Origin: Octopus vulgaris
Lineage: Eukaryota
Direction: 5' to 3'
Assembly (NCBI GenBank): GCA_951406725.2
Contig: OX597841.1
Span: forward strand, 14,074,001-14,138,000
Length of the DNA stretch: 64,000 bases
The notes under the pieces are model-generated. The model did no database searches and had not been told where the DNA came from. It worked only from the letters and a program-made list of their open reading frames with translations. The position numbers were made by a program, and so were the translations under genes. Shown here one piece after another: positions 12,894 through 25,300 of the stretch (within the stretch, counting starts at the first letter, position 1; each line of letters starts with the position of its first letter).

Positions 12894-15800
12894 ATAAGGC
12901 AGTGAGCTGGCAGAGTTGTTAGCATGCTGGGCGAAATGCCTGAAAAATGATAGACAAAGCTGATCTCAGCAGAATTCGAACTCAGAACATAACTGTCAGA
13001 AGAATTCCTGCTAAGCATTTCGTCAACCATTTCTGCCATCTTGTCACCGTACCTGTTCTATAATGGTTTCAAATTTTTCCCCAAGGGCAGCTCGGGGGAG
13101 GTGAAACGAGTCAATTACATCGACCCCCCCCCAGTGTTCAACAGGTACTTATTTTATTGACCCCCAAAAGGACAAAAGGCAAAGTCGACCTCAGCAGAAT
13201 TTGAACTCAGATCATAGCACTGGGTAAAATATCGCTAAGCATTTCTTCTGGTGCACTAACGACTCTGCCAGCTTGCCGCCTTATACCTGTTCTATAATAA
13301 AATCTCATTACCATCATCACAACAACCTTCAGTTTACCTGGTTACCGAGGCATCATGGTGAAGCGTACCTTGATCTGCGTCAGTCTCAATAAACTCACCT
13401 TTTGTGAAATGGAACATGCCATTTTAACTTCTGGATTGAAGGAATCTGGGAAATCCCATTGAAGTAAAGATGGGGGTTTCAGCTTGCCTTGTTTGAAATG
13501 GGGATCACCATCAACCAATTCACCATCTTTGTAAAGGGGATACATTGCTCTGAAACAACAGAAAAGGGGTTGTTAAAGCTAATCACTCAGACACACGTAT
13601 AATTCAACGTGGAAGGACGTGGAATATATACTCTTTACTCTTTTACTTGTTTCAGTCATTTGACTGCGGCCATGCTGGAGCATCGCCTTTAGTCGAGCAA
13701 ATCGACCCCGGGACTTATTCTTTGTAAGCCCAGTACTTATTCTATCGGCCTCTTTATGCCGAACCGCTAAGTAACGGGGACGTAAACACACCAGCATCGG
13801 TTGTCAAGCAATGCTAGGGGGACAAACACAGACACACAAACACGTACACACACACACATACATATATATATATACATATATACAACAGGCTTCTTTCAGT
13901 TTCCGTCCACCAAATCCACTCACAAGGCATTGGTCGGCCCGGGGCTATAGTAGAAGACACTTGCCCAAGATGCCACGCAGTGGGACTGAACCCGGAACCA
14001 TGTGGTTGGTTAGCAAGCTACTTACCACACAGCCACTCTTTTTCTTTTATTCTTTTATTCTTTTACTTGTTTCAGTCATTTTGATTGTGGCCTTGCTGGA
14101 GCACTGCCTCTAGTTGAACAAACCAGCCCCAGGACTTATTCTTTGTAAGCCTAGCACTTATTCTATCGGTCTCTTTTGCTGAACTGCAGTTGTGGCAGAT
14201 ACTGGTGTCACACAAATTGGTTACCTGTGCTGGTGGCACATAAAAGCACCCATTGCACTCTCGGAGTGGTTGGCATTAGGAAAGGCATCATCCAGCCGTA
14301 GAAACCTTGTCAGGTCAGATTGGAGCCTGGTGCAGCCTACTGGTTCTCCAGTCCTCACTCACACCATCCAACCCATGCCAGCATGGAAAGCAGACATTAA
14401 CCGATGATGATGATATATATATGACAAACAAGCAGTATCGCCCAGCGTTGCTCGGGTTTGTAAGGGAAATAACTATATAAGCATTTTAGAGAGTTACTTC
14501 CCTTATATAATAGCAAAAAAAATGCATCAAAAATGGGAAAAAATGATGGTAATTTTTTTTTTAAATCGTAGACTCATCGTAGACATGCGCTAATACCCAG
14601 AAGGGCTCGATTAATCACGACTATAAGATACCCGAATTTGGTTAAACTGCACCACAAAATGTGGGAGTAGTTAGGAATCTAAATCGTAGGAGACAGACAC
14701 TCACACAACTTCACTTTTATATATAACTAGCAGTATCGCCCGGCGTTGCTCGGGTTTGTAAGGGAAATAACTATAAAGCATTTTTAGAGAGTTATAGCCA
14801 AAAAATAGCAAAAAATGCATTAAAAATGGAAAAAAAATTATGGTAAATTTTTTTTTAAATCGCTGACTCATCGTAGACATTTTTAGAGAGTTACTTCCCT
14901 TTATTAAAAAAAATATACATTAAAATGGAAAAAAATGATGGTAAATTATTTTTAAAATTGTAGACTCATCGTAGACGCGTGCTAATACCCAGAAGGGCTC
15001 GATATGAATCACGACTATAAGATACCCGCTTTTGGTTAAACTGCACCGCAAAATGTGGGAGTAGTTAGAAATCTAAATCGTAGGAGACAGACACCACACA
15101 ACTTCACTTTTATATATAAAGATATATACAACCACAGTGTGTGATTATAGATATAAAACATGATAAGGACCACCAAATCTAAAGTAAAAAGTTATATACT
15201 CACTCATTGGTCATCACGTACTCTTGGCAATGTCCTACCACTGGGGCATCAGCATACGAGTGTTCACAGTTCAGTCCCATACGACCATTGGCAAAGTAAA
15301 TGAAATTGAGGCTCTTGTCAAACCACAATGACCTGCCGTCACCTTGCATAAGGTAACAGGCCCGTTCCATTATGGTCTCAGCTGATAGCGTCTCCAGGGT
15401 CACCTAGTGAAATGGCAGAGGAGAGAAAGAGATGGATTGATAGACAGATATACATACATACAAACAAACAAACATATATATAAACAAATCAGAGACAGAA
15501 AACAGAATTCACTACAATTGTTTCAAGTTATTTCTGCACCTGCATCTCATGGGTAAGATGACATAGTGAAAACTTGTTTAAAAAGTCGCCTGATGAAGTG
15601 CAGTCTCCACCTATTTCTTTACTACCCACAAGGGGCTAAATACAGAGAGAACAAACAAAGACAGACAAATGGATTAAGTCAATTACTTCTACCCCAGTGC
15701 GTAACTGGTACTTAATTTATCAACTTCGAAAGGATGAAAGGGAAAGTTGACCTCAGTGGAATTTGAACTCAGAACATAGCACTGGGGAAAATACCGCTAA

Positions 15801-16616
15801 GCATTTCACCTGGTGTGCTAATGTTTCTGCCAGCTCACCGCCTTAGGTGCATTCTACACCTGAAATGCTAGACAATTGATTGCACAGAATCTGACCTATG
15901 AGCTACAGGTGCAGGAATGAATTGAAATGATTGTAGAGGTTGACTGACCTCCGTGCTGGTGGCACATAAAAAGCACCATCTGATTGTGGCCGTTGCCAGC
16001 CTCGTCTGGCCTCCGTGCCGGTGGCATGTAAAAAGCACCATCCGATTGTGACCGTTTGCCAGCCTCGTCTGGCACCTGTGCATGTGGCACGTAAAAAGCA
16101 CCCACTACACTCTCGGAGTGGTTGGCGTTAGGAAGGGCATCCAGCTGTAGAAACACTGCCAGATCAGACAGGAGCCTGGTGCAGCCTTCTGGCTTTTCAG
16201 ACCCCAGTTGAACCGTCCAACCCATGCTAGCATGGAGAACGGACGTTAAACGATGATGATGATGATGATGATGTAGTGGTTTTGAATAAAGAATTTTGTG
16301 AATTCCATTTTCTGACAAAGGACCGAGATACCTAGTGCCTGGCTGTACTCAAGAAAACCTGTACCCCATAGCAGAAGCATTAAGATCAAACCTTTTGGTG
16401 GCATAAAGCCCTCATGGTAGCGCCATGTAAAAGCGCCCAGGCAGGGACATGTAAAAGCACTGGTGCAGGAGTGGCTGTGTGATAAGTAGCTTGCTTACCA
16501 ACCACATGGTTCTGGGTTCAGTCCCACTGTGTGGCACCTTGGGCAAGTGTCTTTTACTATAGCCCCGGGCTGACCAATGCCTTGTGAGTGGATTGTGTAG
16601 ACTGAAAGAAGCCAGT

Positions 16617-16671
<55 letters not shown>

Positions 16672-19600
16672 TTGTGTGTCTGTGTTTGTGCCCCTAGCAT
16701 TGCTTGACAACCGATGCTGGTGTGTTTACGTCCCTGTCACTTAGCGGTTCGGCAAAAGAGACCGATAGAATAAGTACTAGGCTTACAAAGAATAAGTCCT
16801 GGGGTCGATTTGCTCGACTAAAGGTGGTGCTCCAGCATGGCCGCAGTCAAATGACTGAAACAAGTAAAAGAGTAAAAGAGCAGAGAGAGAGAGAGTCATT
16901 CATATGAGATTATGGCTATGTGACAGTGCAGTCATGTGATGGTATGGTCATGTGACAGTGCAGTCATGTGATGGTATGGTCATGTGATGATGTAGCCACG
17001 AGATGTTTATGGTCACATAACAAAGCAACCACAATAATAAGGAGAAACTTAGTGTTGCTGCTGAATGGCTGCCGAGACGAACTTACAAAAAATATTGCTG
17101 TTTCAATGGTTTGGAGTGATTCCTTGTTGATGCCATCTGAGAAGAAGGTTTCGCGGACTTTGGCCCAGGTTTTTCGTTCAATTCCAGTGAAAGCTGGAAT
17201 CGATTTGGCTGCTTCTGAATAGCTATCTGGAGGAGAGACGAAGACGAGAAACATATAGATGAGGCATTCGGTAGTCTTGTAAATGCATTGATCTGTTCAT
17301 GGGAGTCATTGATAAAAATCAATAAAGACACAAAGACAACAAAGTAATTATTAGAAGGGATTCTATTCTAATTCAAAACACCTTTTCTTTCCCTCAAAAC
17401 TATTTAAATTTCTGTTGAGGGGTTTTGACCAGCAAGCTGCTTAGTAACCTCACTGGTGTTGGTGCCATGTAAAAAACACCCAGTCCAATCTGTAAAGTGG
17501 TTGGCATTCGGAAGGGCAGAAATCAGAACAAAACAGACCTGACTGTTATATATCAATATATATTGATATATATATATGTATATACATACATATGTGCACA
17601 GGAGTGGCTGTGTGGTAAGTAGCTTGCTTACCAACCACATGGTTCCGGGTTCAGTCCCACTGCGTGGCACCTTGAGCAAGTGCGTTCTACTATAGCCTCA
17701 GGGCGACCAAAGCCTTGTGAGTGGATTTGGTAGGTGGAAACTGAAAGAAGCCCATCGTATATATATATGAATATATATGTATATGTGTGTACATGTCTGT
17801 GTGTCTGTGTTTGTCCCGCCAACATTGCTTGACAACCGATGCTGGTGAGTTTACGTCCCTGTAACTTAGCAGTTTGGCAAAAGAGACCGATAGAATAAGT
17901 ACCAGGCTTGCAAAGAATAAGTCCTGGGGTCAATTTGCTCGGCTAAAGGCGGTGCTCCAGCATGGCCACAGTCACATGACTGGAACAAGTTAAAAAAAAA
18001 AAAGTAAAATATTTTCATCTGAAACAAAAAGGCCTAGGACGAATCATTCGCTGGACCTTGATGGGTCAAGGTCCATTTTAACATCAAAGGGCAAATAACT
18101 TACTTTGGTTTTGATCTGCATGGTCAACGATCCACTCTAATTGCTTCTGGAGACTTGCGGCACTCAGCAACTTGCCATCCATGTCGTACATGTTGAGTTT
18201 ATAGATCAGGCCTCTCCGAAGGATGACAATGTGCTGCAGAGAAAAACAGTCGAAATGGGATTTAATAAGGAGATTCTTCCTAATCCGTATAGGCTCAGAG
18301 GGCCAGTTTCCTGGCTTCCATGGTTCCTATCTATCTGCGGTTTTATATAGCTATGGTAAGACCTCACCTGGAATTTGCATCACCGGTCTGGAACCCCTAC
18401 TTTGCCCAGGATATCAATCGTCTGGAAGCTGTTCAGCGACGTGCAACCAAAAGAATACCCTCCATCAGGCATTTGCCATATCCTGAACGCCTTACTTCCC
18501 TGGACATGGACACATTGAAACTCCGACGTCTGGCAGCTGACTTGGCAGACACCCATAAAATTATCAACCATCGTACAAACAATAACTCTGAGCACCTTTT
18601 CAAGCTCCACCCATCTAACACCCGTGGACATGTTTACAAAGTCAGAAAACAGCACAGCTCCCATGACTTCAGGAAACATTTTTTCACGCTGAGAGTTGTT
18701 GAAGCATGGAACAAACTGCCAGCATCAGTTGTTGGTTGTCGGAGCACTGCATCCTTCAAAACTTCCATGCTTCCTGAGATTCGCCAACACTACACCTGAT
18801 TTTCTCCCCTCTATACACACACAAGCATGGAACAAACTGCCAGCATCAGTTGTTGGTTGTCGGAGCACTGCATCCTTCAAAACTTCCATGCTTTCTGAGA
18901 TTCGCCAACACTACACCTGATTTTCTCAAAACTTCCATGCTTCCTGAGATTCGCCAACACTACACCTGATTTTCTCAAAACTTCCATGCTTTCTGAGATT
19001 CGCCAACACTACACCTGATTTTCTCAAAACTTCCATGCTTTCTGAGATTCGCCAACACTACACCTGATTTTCTCAAAACTTCCATGCTTTCTGAGATTCG
19101 CCAACACTACACCTGATTTTCTCAAAACTTCCATGCTTTCTGAGATTCGCCAACACTACACATGATTTTCTCAAAACTTCCATGCTTCCTGAGATTCGCC
19201 AACACTACACCTGATTTTCTCAAAACTTCCATGCTTCCTGAGATTCGCCAACACTACACTTGATTTTCTCAAAACTTCCATGCTTTCTGAGATTCGCCAA
19301 CACTACACCTGATTTTCTCAAAACTTCCATGCTTTCTGAGATTCGCCAACACTACACCTGATTTTCTCAAAACTTCCATGCTTCCTGAGATTCGCCAACA
19401 CTACACCTGATTTTCTCAAAACTTCCATGCTTCCTGAGATTCGCCAACACTACACCTGATCTTTCTCCCTTCCATACACACACAAGCATGTATCTGACTC
19501 ATGCATTGTTCGCTTTCCAGACATTTGTACATTACTGCATACACTCTGACAAGTTGTGGTGCACCTGAGCACTCTATACAATAATTTCATTATTATTATT

Positions 19601-21503
19601 ATTATTATTATTATATACCGTCCTGGATGGGATGCCAGACCATCACAGGGTGACTCACTTTTGCCAGCTGAGTGGACAGGGAGCAATGTGAAATGAAGTG
19701 TTTTGCACAAGAATACAATACACTCAGGGCCGGATTAAGGCCCATCAAGCCCCTAAGCACTTAAAAGATTTTGGCGCCCCCATTAAATATTATGTAATTC
19801 AAAAATATAAACAATAACAAACCATAAAATATATTTTTATTCTTCAAAGCGAAACGAAACAGGAAGAGGAAAAATAATGTTTATTTTTGTCTCCTTCCAT
19901 TTTATTTAGATTTGAAAAGTTTCCTCCTCATCATCATTTTAGCGTCCGCTTTCCATGCTGGCATGGGTTGGACAGTTCAGCTGGGGTCTGGGAAGCCAGA
20001 AGGCTGCACCAGGCTCCAGTCTGATCTGGCAGTGTTTCTACAGCTGGATGCCCTTCCTAACACCAACCAATCCATGAGTGTAGTGGGTGCTTTTTACATG
20101 CCAGACGGGGCTGGCAAATGGCCATGGTCAAATGGTGCTTTTTACGTGCCACTGGCACGGGGGCCAGTTGAATTGCAAAGTCTTTGATCAGCTCCTCAAA
20201 ATTAATCTTAGGTAAAACATCTTAAGTGGTTGGCATTTGGAAGGGCATCCAGCTGTAGAAACTATGTCACAATAGACAAGTGGAGTCTGGACAACTCCGT
20301 GATTGCCAGCTCCTTGTCAAACTGTCCAACCCATGCCAGCATGGAAAGCAGATATTCAATGATGCTGATAATGATGATGATGATGATGTGTGTGTGTGTG
20401 TGTGTGTGTAAAAAGTACCTGTGCCCGTGGCACATAAAAAGCACCCAGTACACTCTCTTAAGTGGTTGGCATTAGGAAGGGCATTTGTACTACAGAGCCA
20501 GAGGCAGTTTCAGACAGGTTGGTATTGAAAGGGTTAAGGCCCTCAATTGCCCTGGGTCTGTTGATGGGTGTCTGTGAGTGACCTTCTTCAAGAGGCGATC
20601 CCATGACATGCTTACTATTTCATAGCTGGGACTCCTACAGGTGCTACTACGCAGGGTCAGTGCTTACCTGTGAATGATAGTAGGATAGTGGCATTAGGAA
20701 GGGCACATTAGAAACCATGCCACAACAGACAAGTGGAGTCTGGACATCTCTCTGCTGACCAGCTTCATGCCAAACTGTCCAACCCATGCCAGCATGGAAA
20801 GAGGGCGTAAAATGATGATGATGATGATGATACATGTATTAGATGGGTGGGGTACAAACAAAGGGCTTATTTGTCATTCCTTTCCGAGTGGTGGTACTTT
20901 GGTGGTACTTTGAGACCAGCAAACTGCGAGGGAGAGAGATCACTGTCGTATAAAACATATAACTACTTACCTTTGATGACTCTGTGTGTACCAGGGTATC
21001 AATTTCTTCTCCAGGAATCCTGAAAATGCAAACAACAAAAGTTTAAGATTACAGGAAGATATATTTACACACACGCGTGCACACTTACATGCACACATAT
21101 GCACACACACACACACATGCATGCACGCACACACATACATATATCGTTTTTTTACTCTAGGCACAAGGCCCGAAAATTTTGGGGAGGCGGGGCAGTCGAT
21201 GAGATCGACCCCAGTGCGTAACTGGTACTTAATTTATTGACCCTGAAAGGATGAAAGGCAAAGTCGACCTCGGCAGAATTTGAACTCAGAACGTACACAC
21301 ATATATTGCATTTACCTGAGTACAACAAACCCTCCGAAACAACAAGAACTGTACTTCAAGATATTCATCATCATCACCATCACCATAATCATCATATCAT
21401 CACTGCCATCATCATCATCGTCATCACCATCATCATCATCATCGTCATCACCATTATTGTTGTCATCATTGTTGTCGTTGTCATTGTCATCATCATCATC
21501 ATC

Positions 21504-21535
<32 letters not shown>

Positions 21536-22239
21536 CATTGTTCTTGTCATCATCAACGTCGTTGTCGTCATCATCGTCATCATCATCATCATCATCATCA
21601 ACATCATCATCATCATCATTATTATCATAATTATCATCATCGTCATCATCATCACCGTCATCATCGTCATCATCATCATCATCGTCATCATCATCATCAT
21701 CATCATCAACATCATCATCATCATCATTATTATCATAATTATCATCATCGTCATCATCATCACCATCATCATCGTCATCATCGTCATCATCATCATCATC
21801 GTCATCATCATCACCATCATCATCATTATCATCATCGTTATCATCATCCTCATCATCGTTATCATCATCATTATCATCACAATTATTATTATCATCATCA
21901 TCATCGTCATCATCATCACCATCATCATCATCAACATCATCATCATCATCATTATTATCATAATTATCATCATCGTCATCATCATCACCGTCATCATCGT
22001 CATCATCATCATCATCGTCATCATCATCACCATCATCATCATCAACATCATCATCATCATCATTATTATCATAATTATCATCATCGTCATCATCATCACC
22101 ATCATCATCGTCATCATCGTCATCATCATCATCATCGTCATCATCATCACCATCATCATCATCAACATCATCATCATCATCATTATTATCATAATTATCA
22201 TCATCGTCATCATCATCACCATCATCATCGTCATCATCG

Positions 22240-22312
<73 letters not shown>

Positions 22313-25300
22313 TGTTCTTGTCATCGTCATCATCTTCGTCATCGTTCTTTTCATCATTCTATAACTTTTACCAAGATGCTATGGGTTGAATGATTTGACA
22401 CTATCTAACAGGTCCTGGTTATGACTTCAAAACTGTATTCAATAGTGGGGGGTTCCAGGGTTTTAAGGAGAGTGAAATCACCTCTCAGCTACTATCATTC
22501 ACAGGTAAGCTCTGACCCTGTGTAGTAGCACCTGTAGGAGTCCCAGCTATGAAACAGTAAGCATGTCATGGGATCGCCTCTTGAAGAAGGTCACTCACAG
22601 ACACCCATCAACAGACTCAGGGCAAATAAGGGTCTTAACCCTTTCAATACCAACCCTAAAAAGCATTTTAAAAATATGGAAAAATCGATGGAAATATTTC
22701 AATGTTAAAGTCGAAAATTATACGTAGCTGCCAGCGCACTGATTTGTAGATTAGCCTGGCCCTCTTTTGGCAGCCCTGACCTCAATATATTAATAACCAG
22801 ATATATTATATCTGGTCATCAAATCTAAGTAGAGACTTCAAACTTGAAATCTTCAAAGCCACAGTCGAACCAATTCTACTATATAGCTCAGAAACCTGGA
22901 CGTTATCAAAGAAGCTTGAGAGGCGGTTGGATGGAACCTACACTCGCCTCCTTATAAGAGCTCAAAATCTCTCGTGGAAGCGTCATCCAACCAAAATGCA
23001 AATATATGGGAAACTACCACCTGTGTCATCTCTTGTGAAAGGTAGAAGAGTCCAGTTTGCTGGACATTGTTGTAGAGCTGAAAAAGAGGTAATTCCTACT
23101 CTTCTCCTCTGGAAGCCATCTGCTCGCGATACCAGTCAAACCAATTCTACTATATGGCTCAGAAACCTGGACGTTATCAAAGAAGCTTGAGAGACAGTTG
23201 GATGGAACCTACACCCGCCTCCTTATGAGAGCTCAAAATCTCTCGTGGAAGCGCCATCCAACCAAAATGCAAATATATGGGAAACTACCACCTGTGTCAT
23301 CTCTTGTGAAAGGTAGGAGAGTCCAGTTTGCTGGACATTGTTGTAGAGCTGAAAAAGAGGTAATTTCTACTCTTCTCCTCTGGAAGCCATCTGCTCGCAA
23401 TACCAGAGGGCGCACACTCTCCTACCCTGATGTAATCTCTAGGGATACAGGCATCCAGCAACAGGACCTCCGTAATGCCATGATGGACTGTGAAGTCTGG
23501 CGTAGCATGGTAAATTCCATTGTCTCGACCACGGTCGAACAATGGTGATGATTACTATCCTTAAAGACCCCCCGGTGACAATACTCTTTTTACTCTTTTA
23601 CTTGTTTCAGTCATTTGACTGCGGCCATGCTGGAGCACGGTCGAACAATGATGGTGATATTAATGAGAAAAGCAGAAAGGAAGCCATACTTACCTGGTGG
23701 TAGCAAAGAGGCGTTCATACTGGCTCATACATATTGGTATCGTGTTACGTATGAGGAGAGGCTTGATCTCCTCTCTGTCTAGCTTCTGTTTAAACACCAT
23801 CAATTCATGCAGCGTCGCAGCAGCCCTGCAATCAAGAGAATGGGGTTAACCCTTTCGTTACCGTATTTCTGTTGAGATGCTCTGTGTTTCTTTCAATTAA
23901 TTTTAAATATAACAAAGAATTTAGTAAAATAACTTTGGGATGCTTGAAGCATTGGAATATTAAAGAAGATAAAAAGAGAGTTTTATAAAATCTTATATTT
24001 CGGGCAAAGGCCCATCTTCAGAAGAAAGAATAGTCTGAGAAAAGTCCAGTTATGTACCGTATTTCTGTTGAGATGCTCTGTGTTTCTTTCAATTAATTTT
24101 AAATATAACAAAGAATTTAGTAAAATAACTTCGTTATCATTAAGCTAGTGTTAGGAACATAAATTGTGACTAAGGTTTGGGGGAAGATTTTAATTCAAAA
24201 TTTATGAAAACAAGACATTTGTACTACAGAGCCAGAGGTGGTTTCAGCCGGGTTGGTAACGAAAGGGTTAATTCTTTTATATTTTACTTGTTTTCAGCTA
24301 TTGGACTGTGGCCATGCTGGGGCACTGGCTTCAAGAATGTATCGAACACCCAGTATTTACATTTTTTAAGCCTGGTACATACTTTATTGGTCTCTTTTAC
24401 TAAACCACTAAGTTATGGGGATGTAAATACACCAACACTGGTTGTCAAATGGGGGTCCAGGACAAACACAGACACAAAGACACACACACACATGATGGGT
24501 TTCTCTCAGTTTCCATCTACTAAATCCACTCACAAGGCTTTAGTCAGTCTGAGGCTACAGTAGAAGACATTTGCCCAAGGTGCCATCAGCTAGAATGGAC
24601 TGGCAATGAGATCCACGTGGATAAATCCAAGCAGCTATGATAATTATTCTATGGAGAACTGTAGAGGGGGAAGTTTTGTCCTAAGTCATCTAAGATAACC
24701 CAAGGTTCAACCCGAGGTGGGCTGAACTCCAGCCCCACAATCTCGACTGTATTGCAGCTGCGTAGACCAAGTGGAAGTGCCTATTCTCCAAGGTAACAAA
24801 TGACTTCCAAACCAAACAGGGGTCATGCAGTGCCTCAGGGCAAGCCATGAGGGACACAGAAAGGGGTCAGCTTCCATCGCGACTAATGGTGTTCCTGGTA
24901 GTATCTGTGAGTCTGACTTCAGCTTGTAAAGTCACATGAGTGTCCACAGATACTGACCACCTGACCACACAGTATAAACATCTTTCTCAGACTCAAGATA
25001 TTATCATTACTACTACTACTACTACTACTGGTAAAGGGTAAAGAGTAAAGACCCTCTTTGATAATGAATGACCATGGGATCGTTGGATAAGAGTGGCAAG
25101 GAAGATGGGGAACTCGTGCTTAATAGGGGAGACTATCGTTGTAGCATAATCTATTTCTTTACCACCCACAAGGAGATAAACACAGAGAGGACAAACAAGG
25201 ACAGACAAACGGATTAAGTCAATGATATCGACCCCAGTGCATAACTGGTACCTATTTAATCGACCCTGAAAGGATGGAAGGCAAAGTTGACCTCGGCAGA

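Noticed and set aside
18879-19466. CRISPR-like regular repeat
   Set aside because: Units are head-to-tail with no unique spacers, derive from a LINE 3' end, and the context is eukaryotic with no cas genes.
21306-22364. 352-aa poly-Ile and 321-aa poly-Met ORFs; similar Pro/Thr/Val ORFs at 7672-8397, 27400-28235 and 29845-30321
   Set aside because: Trinucleotide microsatellites within CPT1 introns.
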